Below, piece by piece: positions 15,299 through 22,776 of a stretch of DNA of 41,785 nt; position 1 is the stretch's first letter; each line of letters begins with the position of its first letter. Source of the DNA: a virus. Both the position numbers and the translations under genes were made by a program. The stretch is taken from positions 1-41,785 of the IMG/VR virus record IMGVR_UViG_3300046615_000228; one strand, 5' to 3'. The notes beneath the pieces are model-generated. The model was not told the origin of the DNA, searched no databases, and worked only from the letters and a program-made list of their open reading frames with translations.

Positions 15299-16116
15299 GC
15301 GGCTTTCCTCGCCAGTGAGAAACGGTCTTTTGCGTTGCGTCGATTGCGTTGCAGCCAGCGGGAAACATTCGTTCCGGTGGCCTCGCGGCACAGGTAATCC
15401 ATATCCAGCGGCATTTCTAGGAAATGACCGTTCCGCACATCGTTCAGAACGACAATTCCCCGGAAGTGCGCGTTTGCAACGCCCTTGTATCCCTCGTCAT
15501 GCAGGTAACAGGAACCAGCTACCACGCCGCGATACGTTCGGCCAGTCGCGAGAGGAACATCGCCGCGCATAAGGCCCTGTTGATGGCCCTGCACGAAACT
15601 TCCGCCGATACGGGATATGCGTGTGGCAATGGTCCCCGTGACGGCGTTGCCTGTATTCGGCTGCGCGAAATAGTGTGCGTACCAAATCCCGTCAATCTGG
15701 ATAACGCCAGGGTGGTCGCCGCAGTACGGGACAATCTGCCAGCCCTTGTCGTCCAGCATGTCCAGCGTAATCAGGCCATGAAGAACGGGGTTCTTCGCGA
15801 TGAAGCGCGTCAACCTGTGCTCATGATTTCCGCGCAACCTAACCATGCGCTTGGGGCGGAAGCTTCCCATGCCCTCACGCAGCAGGCGCTCGCCCTCGTT
15901 GTAGGCGTCGAAGTCCGCCTTTAAGCGCTTGCCCTCGCGGGACAGTGAGCCGGGGTCGGCGTGCGTGGAGATGGACTCGAAATCGGCAGCATCGCCGAGG
16001 TCGATAACCACATCGGGCTCATACTTGGCGATGGCCTGCCCGACCCAGCGGTTATGTTCAAGCGGAACGCCTGGTTTGTTTTGCCGGTCTGGAATAATGA
16101 AATGTCGCTTAGTCAA
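15295..16116 (-). CDS. Calcineurin-like metallophosphoesterase
   Basis: Motifs VIDLGDAAD, RLRGNHE(H) and downstream His-containing motifs. 273 aa. Confidence 0.8.
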   Translation of the reverse strand: MTKRHFIIPDRQNKPGVPLEHNRWVGQAIAKYEPDVVIDLGDAADFESISTHADPGSLSREGKRLKADFDAYNEGERLLREGMGSFRPKRMVRLRGNHEHRLTRFIAKNPVLHGLITLDMLDDKGWQIVPYCGDHPGVIQIDGIWYAHYFAQPNTGNAVTGTIATRISRIGGSFVQGHQQGLMRGDVPLATGRTYRGVVAGSCYLHDEGYKGVANAHFRGIVVLNDVRNGHFLEMPLDMDYLCREATGTNVSRWLQRNRRNAKDRFSLARKAA

Positions 16117-16354
16117 GGCCGCAGCTCCCGTTGGCGCAGCCCGGAACGATCACGCCATCCTCGTTCGGCTCGAAACCGGCGATGTAGGAGGTCACCGGCT
16201 GCGGTGTAGGCACGCCCGCCTCGGGAACAATCTCCGCCATGAACTGCATCAGCCGCTTATGGCTGTACTCGTTCGGACAGATCACCATGACGGCCATCGG
16301 CTTATCAGCCGGGTTGGCGAAGATTGGAACGCTGCTGCCGTGAAGTGCCATCAC
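16109..16354 (-). CDS. Hypothetical protein (81 aa)
   Basis: ATGA overlap with the upstream HNH gene. Fills the gap before the phosphoesterase gene. Confidence 0.6.
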   Translation of the reverse strand: MMALHGSSVPIFANPADKPMAVMVICPNEYSHKRLMQFMAEIVPEAGVPTPQPVTSYIAGFEPNEDGVIVPGCANGSCGLD

Positions 16355-16845
16355 GCGGCCTCCCTATTCTGATAAGCGAACTCGCCATGCAGGCGACGCG
16401 TCATTTCTTCTGCGGCCAGTCCTGCCAGCTCCGCATCGTCAAACCTAGGGGAGTTGTAGGCGCGGCGGTCCGCCTTCACATGCGCCCGGAATTGCCCGCC
16501 AACGCGGGTCACGTTCCTGTATCCGGTCGAGTTTTCTTGGGCCTTGCTGTTCCAGCAGTTTTGAGAATGCGTGGCTTCACGCAAGTTCTCGATGCTGTTA
16601 TCCCAGGGCTGGCCGTTTACATGGTCAATCTGACCTCGCGGCGGCGAGCCGTGGTGCATAGTCCATATGATCCGATGGGCAAGGTAGTTCGTACCCTTGA
16701 AAGAGACGACGAAGTAATCGCTTCGTCCGTACTTCTTTGCGGCCAACTTCCACAGCCCGCCAATCCTGCGCTGAAGCCGCCAGTTCTCGTCAATCCGGAA
16801 GTGCTTACGAAGCACTTCTACCGGCGGAATCTGAAGCTCTTTCAT
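16351..16845 (-). CDS. HNH (HNH_3) plus AP2-domain homing endonuclease, copy 1
   Basis: IDHVNGQPWDNSIENLREATHSQN followed by the AP2-like GYRNVTRVGGQFRAHVKADRRAYNSPRFDDAELA. Paralog of 26701..27198. Confidence 0.85.
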   Translation of the reverse strand: MKELQIPPVEVLRKHFRIDENWRLQRRIGGLWKLAAKKYGRSDYFVVSFKGTNYLAHRIIWTMHHGSPPRGQIDHVNGQPWDNSIENLREATHSQNCWNSKAQENSTGYRNVTRVGGQFRAHVKADRRAYNSPRFDDAELAGLAAEEMTRRLHGEFAYQNREAA

Positions 16846-16892
16846 GTCCCGTGGTCCCTAATGGCCCACGGGCTAAGTTAATCAGGTACGTG

Positions 16893-17159
16893 TCAACTCA
16901 TAACTGGCATTTGTGACTTTCGCAGCGCGCGATAAAACGTTTCGTGCGAGTAGCCCTCGTCCTTCGCAGCCTCGCGCACATTGCCGCAACGGGCCACCGC
17001 CTCTAGCACCAACTGCCTACGGTCGCGCTTGGCCTTCGCCGCCTGCGCCAGTACGTCCGCAATCTCCGCGCACGCCTTCATCCGAACATTTGCCGGGACC
17101 CCCAACCGATGGAGCATCCGGTCCAGGCGGTCAACTTCTCCGATCCACTCCGTATCCAT
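16893..17159 (-). CDS. Small HTH DNA-binding protein
   Basis: 88 aa. C-terminal HTH (GNVREAAKDEGYSHETFYRALRK). Confidence 0.65.
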   Translation of the reverse strand: MDTEWIGEVDRLDRMLHRLGVPANVRMKACAEIADVLAQAAKAKRDRRQLVLEAVARCGNVREAAKDEGYSHETFYRALRKSQMPVMS

Positions 17160-17170
17160 AACGCCCCCTA

Positions 17171-17473
17171 TCAGGATTCAGTGAACACGCCGATTGCTTC
17201 GTCTGTCTCGCGCTTCCGCACCACGTAAACCTCAGTGATTGCGGATAGGCCCGTGACCGTCGCCACGGGCTCGCGGAACTCGTGCACCACTTCCGGCAAA
17301 TCGCCCGGCCAGTAGCCGCCGCCAACCTGCACCAGCGAGAACGCCGAACAATCAAGCGGGCGCTTATCGCCTTCCGAGTAGAGAACTATTGCTACCGTGG
17401 CGCCCCACGGCACATGGATTTCCGCTGAGTCGAACGCGGCCATTGTTGGGACTCTAAGAATCTGCTGAGCCAT
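17171..17473 (-). CDS. Small beta-rich protein (100 aa), MAQ...GVFTES family. Paralog of 7246..7527.
   Basis: Shares MAQ start, WGATVAIVLY vs AGATVSIGLF, and terminal IGVFTES vs FGVFTET with the portal-adjacent ORF. Confidence 0.65.
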   Translation of the reverse strand: MAQQILRVPTMAAFDSAEIHVPWGATVAIVLYSEGDKRPLDCSAFSLVQVGGGYWPGDLPEVVHEFREPVATVTGLSAITEVYVVRKRETDEAIGVFTES

Positions 17474-17484
17474 AACTCACCCCC

Positions 17485-17928
17485 TTAGATTTCAGCCGAT
17501 GCAGTAACCGCGACCCCTAGTGCCGACCATGCGTGCGACTTCACGCCATAGGTCGGGCCGGGTGCCTTCTTGGTTCCTTGCGGCCCTAGCCGCTGGATTA
17601 GCTTGGTGCGCACGTCCGGGTCGCCCCACTTGCCCGGACCGCACACATGCGCCTTAACCTTCCGGCGTGGGATCAGCATCACGTCACCGGGCACGCCCCA
17701 GGCTTCCATGAATCTCCCAATCCAAACGCATGTATCGAACGTCTCCTGCCCGACCGCGCTGCCGTAGCTGACGATCTTCTCGATTGCCAGCGCGTCGCTG
17801 TTGTCGTCCTTCACGATCTTCAACAGGTCATCGTTAGGCATCACGCCGGACGTGACCACGCGCCCGTCCTCGTAGACCACATAGCCGGACTCATGCGTGC
17901 CGGGGTCGATTGCCAGGATGCGGGTCAT
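17485..17928 (-). CDS. RuvC-like Holliday junction resolvase
   Basis: MTRILAIDPGTHESGYVV (catalytic Asp motif), 147 aa. ATG 17928 in an ATGA overlap with the upstream gene. The 177-aa track start is rejected. Confidence 0.8.
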   Translation of the reverse strand: MTRILAIDPGTHESGYVVYEDGRVVTSGVMPNDDLLKIVKDDNSDALAIEKIVSYGSAVGQETFDTCVWIGRFMEAWGVPGDVMLIPRRKVKAHVCGPGKWGDPDVRTKLIQRLGPQGTKKAPGPTYGVKSHAWSALGVAVTASAEI

Positions 17929-18461
17929 GCGGCCACCTGGATTCGCTGAAACTGCGAGGCGGGCGACACTTCGCCGATGCGCAGGACTTCCGGGCGGTTG
18001 CCAGTGCGCGCCATCCACTCGTCCACCGACTCCAGCCGAGCCGGGGCCGGGACCACTGTGCGCAGACCCAGCTCACGGTTGCGCATCGCCTGTGCGGCCT
18101 GTGCGCGCTCTGAGCGACGCTGCTGCGCGTCAATCTCACGGGTGCGACGCGCACGGACCACGCGCCCCTCTGCCGCCCTCGCCTCCTTGCGCAGCTTGGC
18201 CCGGTTTTGCAAACGCAGGCGTTCGCGCTCTTGGCGAATGGCCGGATCAACGCGGCGGCCATGATTCGGCCTCGCGTCGCGTCCGTGGCTGTAGCGGCCC
18301 GACTCGTCGCAGAGCAGGATGCCGCGCCTAACCATCGGGTTACACCAGCCCCATGCTTGACCAAAGCCAAGCCCCAGCGCTTCCGCAATCTGCCTGCCAG
18401 TCACCGGGCCATTCGCCTTGATGTAAGCGCGGATCAGGTCGGATTTCGTTTGTTCGGTCAT
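17925..18461 (-). CDS. Winged-helix-like DNA-binding protein with an Arg-rich helical centre
   Basis: 178 aa. N-terminus LIRAYIKANGPVTGRQIAEALGL. Central R/E/A-rich helix. Confidence 0.65.
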   Translation of the reverse strand: MTEQTKSDLIRAYIKANGPVTGRQIAEALGLGFGQAWGWCNPMVRRGILLCDESGRYSHGRDARPNHGRRVDPAIRQERERLRLQNRAKLRKEARAAEGRVVRARRTREIDAQQRRSERAQAAQAMRNRELGLRTVVPAPARLESVDEWMARTGNRPEVLRIGEVSPASQFQRIQVAA

Positions 18462-18793
18462 TACTTAATCTCCAGAAAATTGTTTGCGTGCCAAAACCTG
18501 TGTGTCCAGACCATTCCGCGTGTGGCGTAGAACCACCAATCCTCACTGCCGCGAACTAGCCCCTTAGTCGTGCCGTTGCCGTCGAGCGCCGTGTGGCAGG
18601 GGCCGCACCCCAGCGCCGCGCATGTGTCGTCGGGCTTCTGTGCGCCGCCTACATCGCCAGGGATGCGGATGTGGCAGAGGACGCAACCGGCCGTCTTGTC
18701 CGTCGTGGAGTCAGGGCAAACCCCCGCGATTTGCAATGTGCAGTAGGCGTTGTGGTGGCCTGCGCTGGCGCGGAGCTTCTTGGAGACGATCAT
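18461..18793 (-). CDS. Cys/His-rich DUF1364 (YbcO)-like putative nuclease
   Basis: C-x6-C ... C-x2-CH ... G-x-x-KP-D ... C-x2-CH-x3-D pattern (CTLQIAGVC, CVLCHIR, AQKPDD, CGPCHTALDG), typical of lambdoid nin-region proteins. Confidence 0.65.
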   Translation of the reverse strand: MIVSKKLRASAGHHNAYCTLQIAGVCPDSTTDKTAGCVLCHIRIPGDVGGAQKPDDTCAALGCGPCHTALDGNGTTKGLVRGSEDWWFYATRGMVWTHRFWHANNFLEIK

Positions 18794-19011
18794 GGTTTCA
18801 TCGCCTTGATGGCCTTGATGGCCTTGATGGCCGCGTCAAAAGCGTGGAAGTCATTGGCCGACTCGTTCTGCTCCTTAAGGGTCCAAGTTGTACGCACGCG
18901 CCGCTCTGCATCTCGCTTCATCCACATGAGCCGCTGAAGCGAGCCGCCGTGCGTTCGGGTCGTGTCCAGCAGGTATTGGCAGCGTTCCTCGTGGCGTTCC
19001 TCGTGTGTCAC
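18790..19011 (-). CDS. Hypothetical protein (73 aa) with an AIK x3 C-terminus
   Basis: GTG start, high GC3. Contains the 9-bp x3 tandem repeat. Confidence 0.55.
   Translation of the reverse strand: MTHEERHEERCQYLLDTTRTHGGSLQRLMWMKRDAERRVRTTWTLKEQNESANDFHAFDAAIKAIKAIKAMKP
18803..18829. repeat. Perfect 9-bp tandem repeat (gccttgatg) x3
   Basis: Read directly. Encodes AIKAIKAIKA on the minus strand. Confidence 0.9.
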
Positions 19012-19060
19012 TTCCGCCCCCTCTTCCCGTGATATGCGTTGTGCTGGCGCAGTAGGTCGA

Positions 19061-19243
19061 TCACCGGGAATCCTCCGAACACGCCGACTTGCACTCGTCC
19101 GCCGTGTCCGCGATCAGTAGCGATACCTCGCCCCGGTTGCGGATCGCCTGAAACTTCCACTTGCCGCTCACCCTGTAAGCCGTCACCCGATACCTCCCGC
19201 AATTGCTGTTCTCGTGGTACTTCCCGCCGCGTGACCACTTCAA
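19061..19243 (-). CDS. Hypothetical small protein (60 aa)
   Basis: TTG at 19243 overlaps the dnaB TGA (alternative ATG at 19294). Hand-counted GC3 is about 85%. Sequence KWSRGGKYHENSNCGRYRVTAYRVSGKWKFQAIRNRGEVSLL... Confidence 0.5.
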   Translation of the reverse strand: MKWSRGGKYHENSNCGRYRVTAYRVSGKWKFQAIRNRGEVSLLIADTADECKSACSEDSR

Positions 19244-20568
19244 AAGTCGCGCTCGCTTGCCAAGTCGCCGAAGCGCATGGTTTCGGCCAGCCATGCGAGC
19301 TGGAACTGTCCGCAGGGGCCGTGTCGGTTCTTTTCGACGTTCAGCTCTGCGACGCCCTTTAGGTTGCTGTCCTCGCGGTAAACCTCGTCGCGGTACAGCA
19401 TCGCGATCACGTCTGCCTCACGCACAAGGTCGTCACTGTTGGCGAGGTCGGACATACCGGGACGCTTGTCCTCCCGGCTGTCCACGCCCTTGATTACCTG
19501 CGATAGCGCGATAACCGGCACGTCCAAGTCGCGGGCGATTTCTTTCAGGCCGCGCGCCACCTCTGAAACCTCGTCAACGCGGTTGCTCGCCTTCGGCACG
19601 CGGATGCGCTGGGCATAGTCGATATAGGCCGCCTTCATGCCGTGCTCGTGCTTCCACTGGCGCAAGGTGCGGCGGACTTCGTCCAGCGTCGGGGCGCTGC
19701 GGTCGTAGATGAAAAACGACTGCTTCTTGATCTGGACGATGGCGTTATTCAGGCGCGGCCATTCCTCGTCCTCCAGGTCGCCGCTGCGCATCTTCTCGGC
19801 GGCCACCCCGGAGGTGCGGGCAATCACTCGCTGCCCGACCTGCATGGCTGACTGCTCGCCAGAAATCATCCCGACGCAATGGCCCTGCTCTGCCGCGTAC
19901 TCGGCGAGGTTGATTAGAAGGGCCGTCTTGCCCATCGCGGGGCGCGCGCCAATCACGATCAGGTCGCCGCCGTGGAAGCCGCCAAGGCGCTTGTCCATGC
20001 GCTTAAACCCGGTCGGGATGCCGCGAATCTGCCCGCCCGACTGCCACGCCGACTGCATATCGGCGAATGCGTCCGTGACCGCATTGGTCAGCGTGTGCTC
20101 GTGGCGGTTCTCCTGCTTCGCCAGCGCCATAAGGGCACCGATAGCTGAGTCGATGATTTCGGACGATTCCCGGCGGTTCGGGTTGTAGCTGCTGTCCAGC
20201 AATTCCCCGGCAGCTTCAATGGCGGCCCGAAGCACAGACTTGTCGCGAACGATCCCCGCATAGGCGCTGATGTTCGCGGCGCTCGGCGTGGTGCTGGCAA
20301 GCTCGATCAGGTACGCACCACCCTGAACCTGCTCACTCAGCCCCTTGGACTCAAACCACTCGCCAAGCGTCACCGCGTCGAACGGCTGCGACTTGCGGTC
20401 AAGCTCGCAGATGGCGCGGTAGATGGCTTGATGATCGCGGCGGATGAAGTCGGCTTCGGCCAAGTTCACGCGGGCCAGCGCCTGGGGGGCCAGCATCAAG
20501 CCGCCAAGCACCGCTTGCTCGGCCTCCACGGATGCGGGCGGAACCCGCACGTTTTCCATACGGGTCAT
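19240..20568 (-). CDS. dnaB: Replicative DNA helicase (DnaB family)
   Basis: 442 aa. N-terminal PPASVEAEQAVLGGLML. Walker A GARPAMGKTA, Walker B-like AYIDYAQ. C-terminal NRHGPCG. Confidence 0.95.
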   Translation of the reverse strand: MTRMENVRVPPASVEAEQAVLGGLMLAPQALARVNLAEADFIRRDHQAIYRAICELDRKSQPFDAVTLGEWFESKGLSEQVQGGAYLIELASTTPSAANISAYAGIVRDKSVLRAAIEAAGELLDSSYNPNRRESSEIIDSAIGALMALAKQENRHEHTLTNAVTDAFADMQSAWQSGGQIRGIPTGFKRMDKRLGGFHGGDLIVIGARPAMGKTALLINLAEYAAEQGHCVGMISGEQSAMQVGQRVIARTSGVAAEKMRSGDLEDEEWPRLNNAIVQIKKQSFFIYDRSAPTLDEVRRTLRQWKHEHGMKAAYIDYAQRIRVPKASNRVDEVSEVARGLKEIARDLDVPVIALSQVIKGVDSREDKRPGMSDLANSDDLVREADVIAMLYRDEVYREDSNLKGVAELNVEKNRHGPCGQFQLAWLAETMRFGDLASERDF

Positions 20569-21245
20569 AGCTGCTTCCTAGTTTTGGCCGGGCGCGGAAC
20601 GGCCGGGGAGTTGAACTGCCCCGCCGCCTTCGGCGCGTATACGTCCTGCCAGCCGGAGCGGATGGCGGTATCCATCAGGGTCAGGACGTCGTGGCCCTGC
20701 GCCTTCAATCCGGCGAGGTGGGTCAGCATCCGTGCCCGCGCCTTGTCGGTCATCGGCTTACGGATTGCCTTGCGGTGTTCGACCCAATCGCCCCAGCGGT
20801 CAGCCGGAAGCCAATCTGGCAAAACCTCTAATGGTGCTTCTTTCTTCTCTTCTCTTCTCTTCTCTTCTCTAGTCCGCTTTTTGTCCGCTTCCGGTGCGGA
20901 CATTTTGCGGACCTCTTGCTTGCGGTCGGCGTCCTGTGCTCGGCGCTTGGCAGACTGGCCGTTATGCGTGTCAAACCTAGGCAGGGCAAGGCTTTCGCCG
21001 TCTGAGTCAAGCCAGCCAACCGCGATCATCGCGACCGAAAAACCATCCCAGCGGAGGTGGGAGTCCAGCGTTTCGGGCGCGTAGCCCTCCAACTTTCCAT
21101 CAACCGAATGCGCATCAAACAGACACCATGCGGACATAAGTCCTCCGACCGTCCGCAACGTGTCCGCTTTCAATGCGGACGAAATGCGGACAACTTTCGG
21201 ATGCGTGAAGAGGTCCGCGCGCATCTTGATCCAATCACCAGCCAT
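20565..21245 (-). CDS. Replication initiator / helicase-loading protein (lambda O-like role)
   Basis: 226 aa, ATGA-coupled to dnaB. Contains two iteron blocks and a basic KR/E-rich linker. The role is inferred from position and the internal iterons. Confidence 0.7.
   Translation of the reverse strand: MAGDWIKMRADLFTHPKVVRISSALKADTLRTVGGLMSAWCLFDAHSVDGKLEGYAPETLDSHLRWDGFSVAMIAVGWLDSDGESLALPRFDTHNGQSAKRRAQDADRKQEVRKMSAPEADKKRTREEKRREEKKEAPLEVLPDWLPADRWGDWVEHRKAIRKPMTDKARARMLTHLAGLKAQGHDVLTLMDTAIRSGWQDVYAPKAAGQFNSPAVPRPAKTRKQL
20837..20912. repeat. Origin-like block 1: 34-nt all-pyrimidine tract including (TCTCT)x5, then GTCCGC-N5-GTCCGC-N7-GCGGAC-N5-GCGGAC
   Basis: Read directly. Hexamers at 20872, 20883, 20896 and 20907, with 11-bp phasing inside each pair. 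Confidence 0.7.
21130..21218. repeat. Origin-like block 2: the same GTCCGC-N5-GTCCGC-N7-GCGGAC-N5-GCGGAC array plus two flanking hexamers
   Basis: Hexamers at 21130 (GCGGAC), 21151, 21162 (GTCCGC), 21175, 21186 (GCGGAC) and 21213 (GTCCGC). Confidence 0.7.
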
Positions 21246-21271
21246 ATCGTCCTGCCCCTGATTCGTCCTGC

Positions 21272-21472
21272 TTAACCAAACAACCCGCTTTCAACCTTCC
21301 CCGCCCGCTCCATCTCCATGCGTCTCACTTGCTGGCTCCATTCCTCGGGGGTCATCAGCGCCCCGAACGCCACCTTTCGTATCTCCGCCACCTTTGCTGC
21401 CTTTGCCTGATCCGTTACCGCTGGCTTGCTTGAACCCTGGCGGCGTGGTCTGAACCATCCGAAGAAGGTCAT
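21272..21472 (-). CDS. Hypothetical protein (66 aa)
   Basis: ORF with hand-counted GC3 of about 70%. Lies upstream of the replication gene. Confidence 0.55.
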   Translation of the reverse strand: MTFFGWFRPRRQGSSKPAVTDQAKAAKVAEIRKVAFGALMTPEEWSQQVRRMEMERAGKVESGLFG

Positions 21473-21837
21473 GGGCTAGACTCCGCAGAGGGGTTAACAG
21501 GGGATGCACATGAACAGTCCGCGCACCGCTGACGCGGCGGCGTTTGTCCAAGTGACAACGCCTCGCCTGCTGTGGCTTTTTGCGTATCTGCTGCTTGCGC
21601 TTGGCTACGTGCTTCTAGCTGTCGCAGGACTTCTTGCTCTATGGCTTTGGCAAGTGACGCCCGCTCAGCTCTCCGCATCCGCTCAAACACTTCTGCGAAC
21701 GGGTCCGGTGCAGTTGTATGCACTGGCCGGAGGAACGCTGTTCGGAGCCATTGGCTGGTTTTGGAAAGGCCAGCGGTGGCTATCGCAATGGCTGTACGGA
21801 CGCCTTGCCCGGTACGCCGTGAAAGACCTGTAGTCAT
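21469..21837 (-). CDS. Doubtful ORF (122 aa), antisense to 21504..21833
   Basis: ATGA overlaps at both ends fit the operon. However, third-codon positions are only about 50% GC (hand count) and the termini are Arg/Ser/Cys/Pro-rich. Confidence 0.3.
   Translation of the reverse strand: MTTGLSRRTGQGVRTAIAIATAGLSKTSQWLRTAFLRPVHTTAPDPFAEVFERMRRAERASLAKAIEQEVLRQLEARSQAQAADTQKATAGEALSLGQTPPRQRCADCSCASPVNPSAESSP
21504..21833 (+). CDS. Putative membrane protein (109 aa) encoded antisense within the early-right operon
   Basis: Two hydrophobic helices (LLWLFAYLLLALGYVLLAVAGLLALWLW; LYALAGGTLFGAIGWFW). AGGGG precedes the ATG. Codon-position GC of about 73/50/60% fits a coding frame better than the opposite strand does. 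Confidence 0.45.
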   Translation: MHMNSPRTADAAAFVQVTTPRLLWLFAYLLLALGYVLLAVAGLLALWLWQVTPAQLSASAQTLLRTGPVQLYALAGGTLFGAIGWFWKGQRWLSQWLYGRLARYAVKDL

Positions 21838-21983
21838 TGCCCACCCCGCTTGTGCTTCTCGTTCCGGTAGCGCTCTAGACGGGCCTGAGCTGCGGCGGCA
21901 TCGGCGCGCTCGTCATCGGTCAGCGCGAAGTCGTATTGCTCCCACGGCTCAGGCGTGCGGGCTGGGATGGTTAGGACGTTCAT
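21834..21983 (-). CDS. Hypothetical small protein (49 aa)
   Basis: ATG 21983 in an ATGA overlap with the CII-like stop. Starts MNVLTIPARTPEPWEQYDFALTDDE... Confidence 0.5.
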   Translation of the reverse strand: MNVLTIPARTPEPWEQYDFALTDDERADAAAAQARLERYRNEKHKRGGQ

Positions 21984-22363
21984 GCGGCGGCCCTCTTGGC
22001 CTCGGCCAGCTCGCGCTCCAGTCTCTGCACACGGCTCTCGCGGATGGACACCGGCTCCAGGCCGACTTGCGAGCAAAGCCACTGGATCGGGCAAAGCGAA
22101 CCCGTGACCATCATGAAATCGGCCAGTTGCTCGGCAGAGAAATTGCGCGGGCGAGAGTTAGCGCGGCGCGGCTCGCTGATCATCCGGCTGAAGCTGGAGT
22201 GGTCGATTCGGAGCGCGTCAGCGACGGCTTCCTGATCGAAGCCGGACCTGTTGATGGCATAGCGCAGGGATGAGCGGAAGGTGGGCAGCTTCGCCACGTC
22301 GTCCGGGTCTGCGTTGTGAGGCGTCCGAACCTCGCCGATCATCCTAAAGCTCTGCTGATTCAT
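21980..22363 (-). CDS. CII-like regulatory protein (phage 186 CII / CP76-type)
   Basis: ATG 22363 with GGAG 8 nt upstream. Pattern AVADALRIDHSSFSRMISEP....RNFSAEQLADFMMVTGSLCPIQWLCSQVG resembles the CP76 family. It is the second gene of the early-right operon. Confidence 0.6.
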   Translation of the reverse strand: MNQQSFRMIGEVRTPHNADPDDVAKLPTFRSSLRYAINRSGFDQEAVADALRIDHSSFSRMISEPRRANSRPRNFSAEQLADFMMVTGSLCPIQWLCSQVGLEPVSIRESRVQRLERELAEAKRAAA

Positions 22364-22403
22364 CACTTTGGCTCCGATTGGCTTTGCTTGGCTTTGTGTT
22401 TCA

Positions 22404-22434
22404 GGCGCAAAAAAAGCGCCGATCCTTTCGGACC
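22404..22434 (-). terminator. Possible tR1-like terminator/attenuator between the cro-like and CII-like genes
   Basis: Minus strand: GGTCC-GAAA-GGATC hairpin, then GGCGC-TTTTTTT-GCGCC. Lies in an 82-bp gap. Confidence 0.4.
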
Positions 22435-22445
22435 AGCGCAATACC

Positions 22446-22661
22446 TCACCCTTGGGGATCGTCGTTTTGCTTGGAGAAATCAGATGCCAGCAACAGAAGC
22501 CCGCGCTCTAGCGCCAGCTCGATCAGCCGTTCGCGGTACTTGTGGCTGGGGGAGCGCTCACCCGTCTCCCAGAAGCGGACGGCGTGACGTGTGCAGCCAA
22601 TCGCCTTGGCGATCTGTGCGCGGCTCATGCCGGACTGCTTTAGGCGTTGGATGGCTCTCAT
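22446..22661 (-). CDS. Cro-like HTH regulator (XRE family)
   Basis: 71 aa. LKQSGMSRAQIAKAIGCTRHAVRFWETGERSP. Divergent from the repressor gene. Confidence 0.85.
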   Translation of the reverse strand: MRAIQRLKQSGMSRAQIAKAIGCTRHAVRFWETGERSPSHKYRERLIELALERGLLLLASDFSKQNDDPQG

Positions 22662-22698
22662 GGTTACGGATCGTAACCGGAGCCGTTTTAAATGTCAA
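22662..22698 (-). promoter_or_regulatory. PR-like promoter with overlapping 17-bp operator, predicting a leaderless cro-like mRNA
   Basis: Minus strand TTGACA (22698-22693), 17-nt spacer, TACGAT (22675-22670). Palindrome GGTTACGGATCGTAACC (22662-22678) abuts the ATG at 22661. Extra half-sites CGTAACC (22704) and CGGTAAC (22719). Confidence 0.6.
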
Positions 22699-22776
22699 CA
22701 GCACGTAACCGACTTGATCGGTAACATTTTGTTCACTCACCTAGTTCTCACCAATCCTTCACCTAAGCCCCCCGTC

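Noticed and set aside
17891-18388. Alternative frames in the resolvase/wHTH region (17891..18388 -, 17897..18331 +, 17977..18264 +).
   Set aside because: They are extremely Arg/Ala/Pro/Cys-rich and overlap the ATGA-coupled genes 17485..17928 and 17925..18461.
19008-19238. 76-aa minus ORF competing with 19061..19243.
   Set aside because: It has a Gly/Arg/Val-rich shadow composition. The competing frame has about 85% GC3 and a protein-like sequence.
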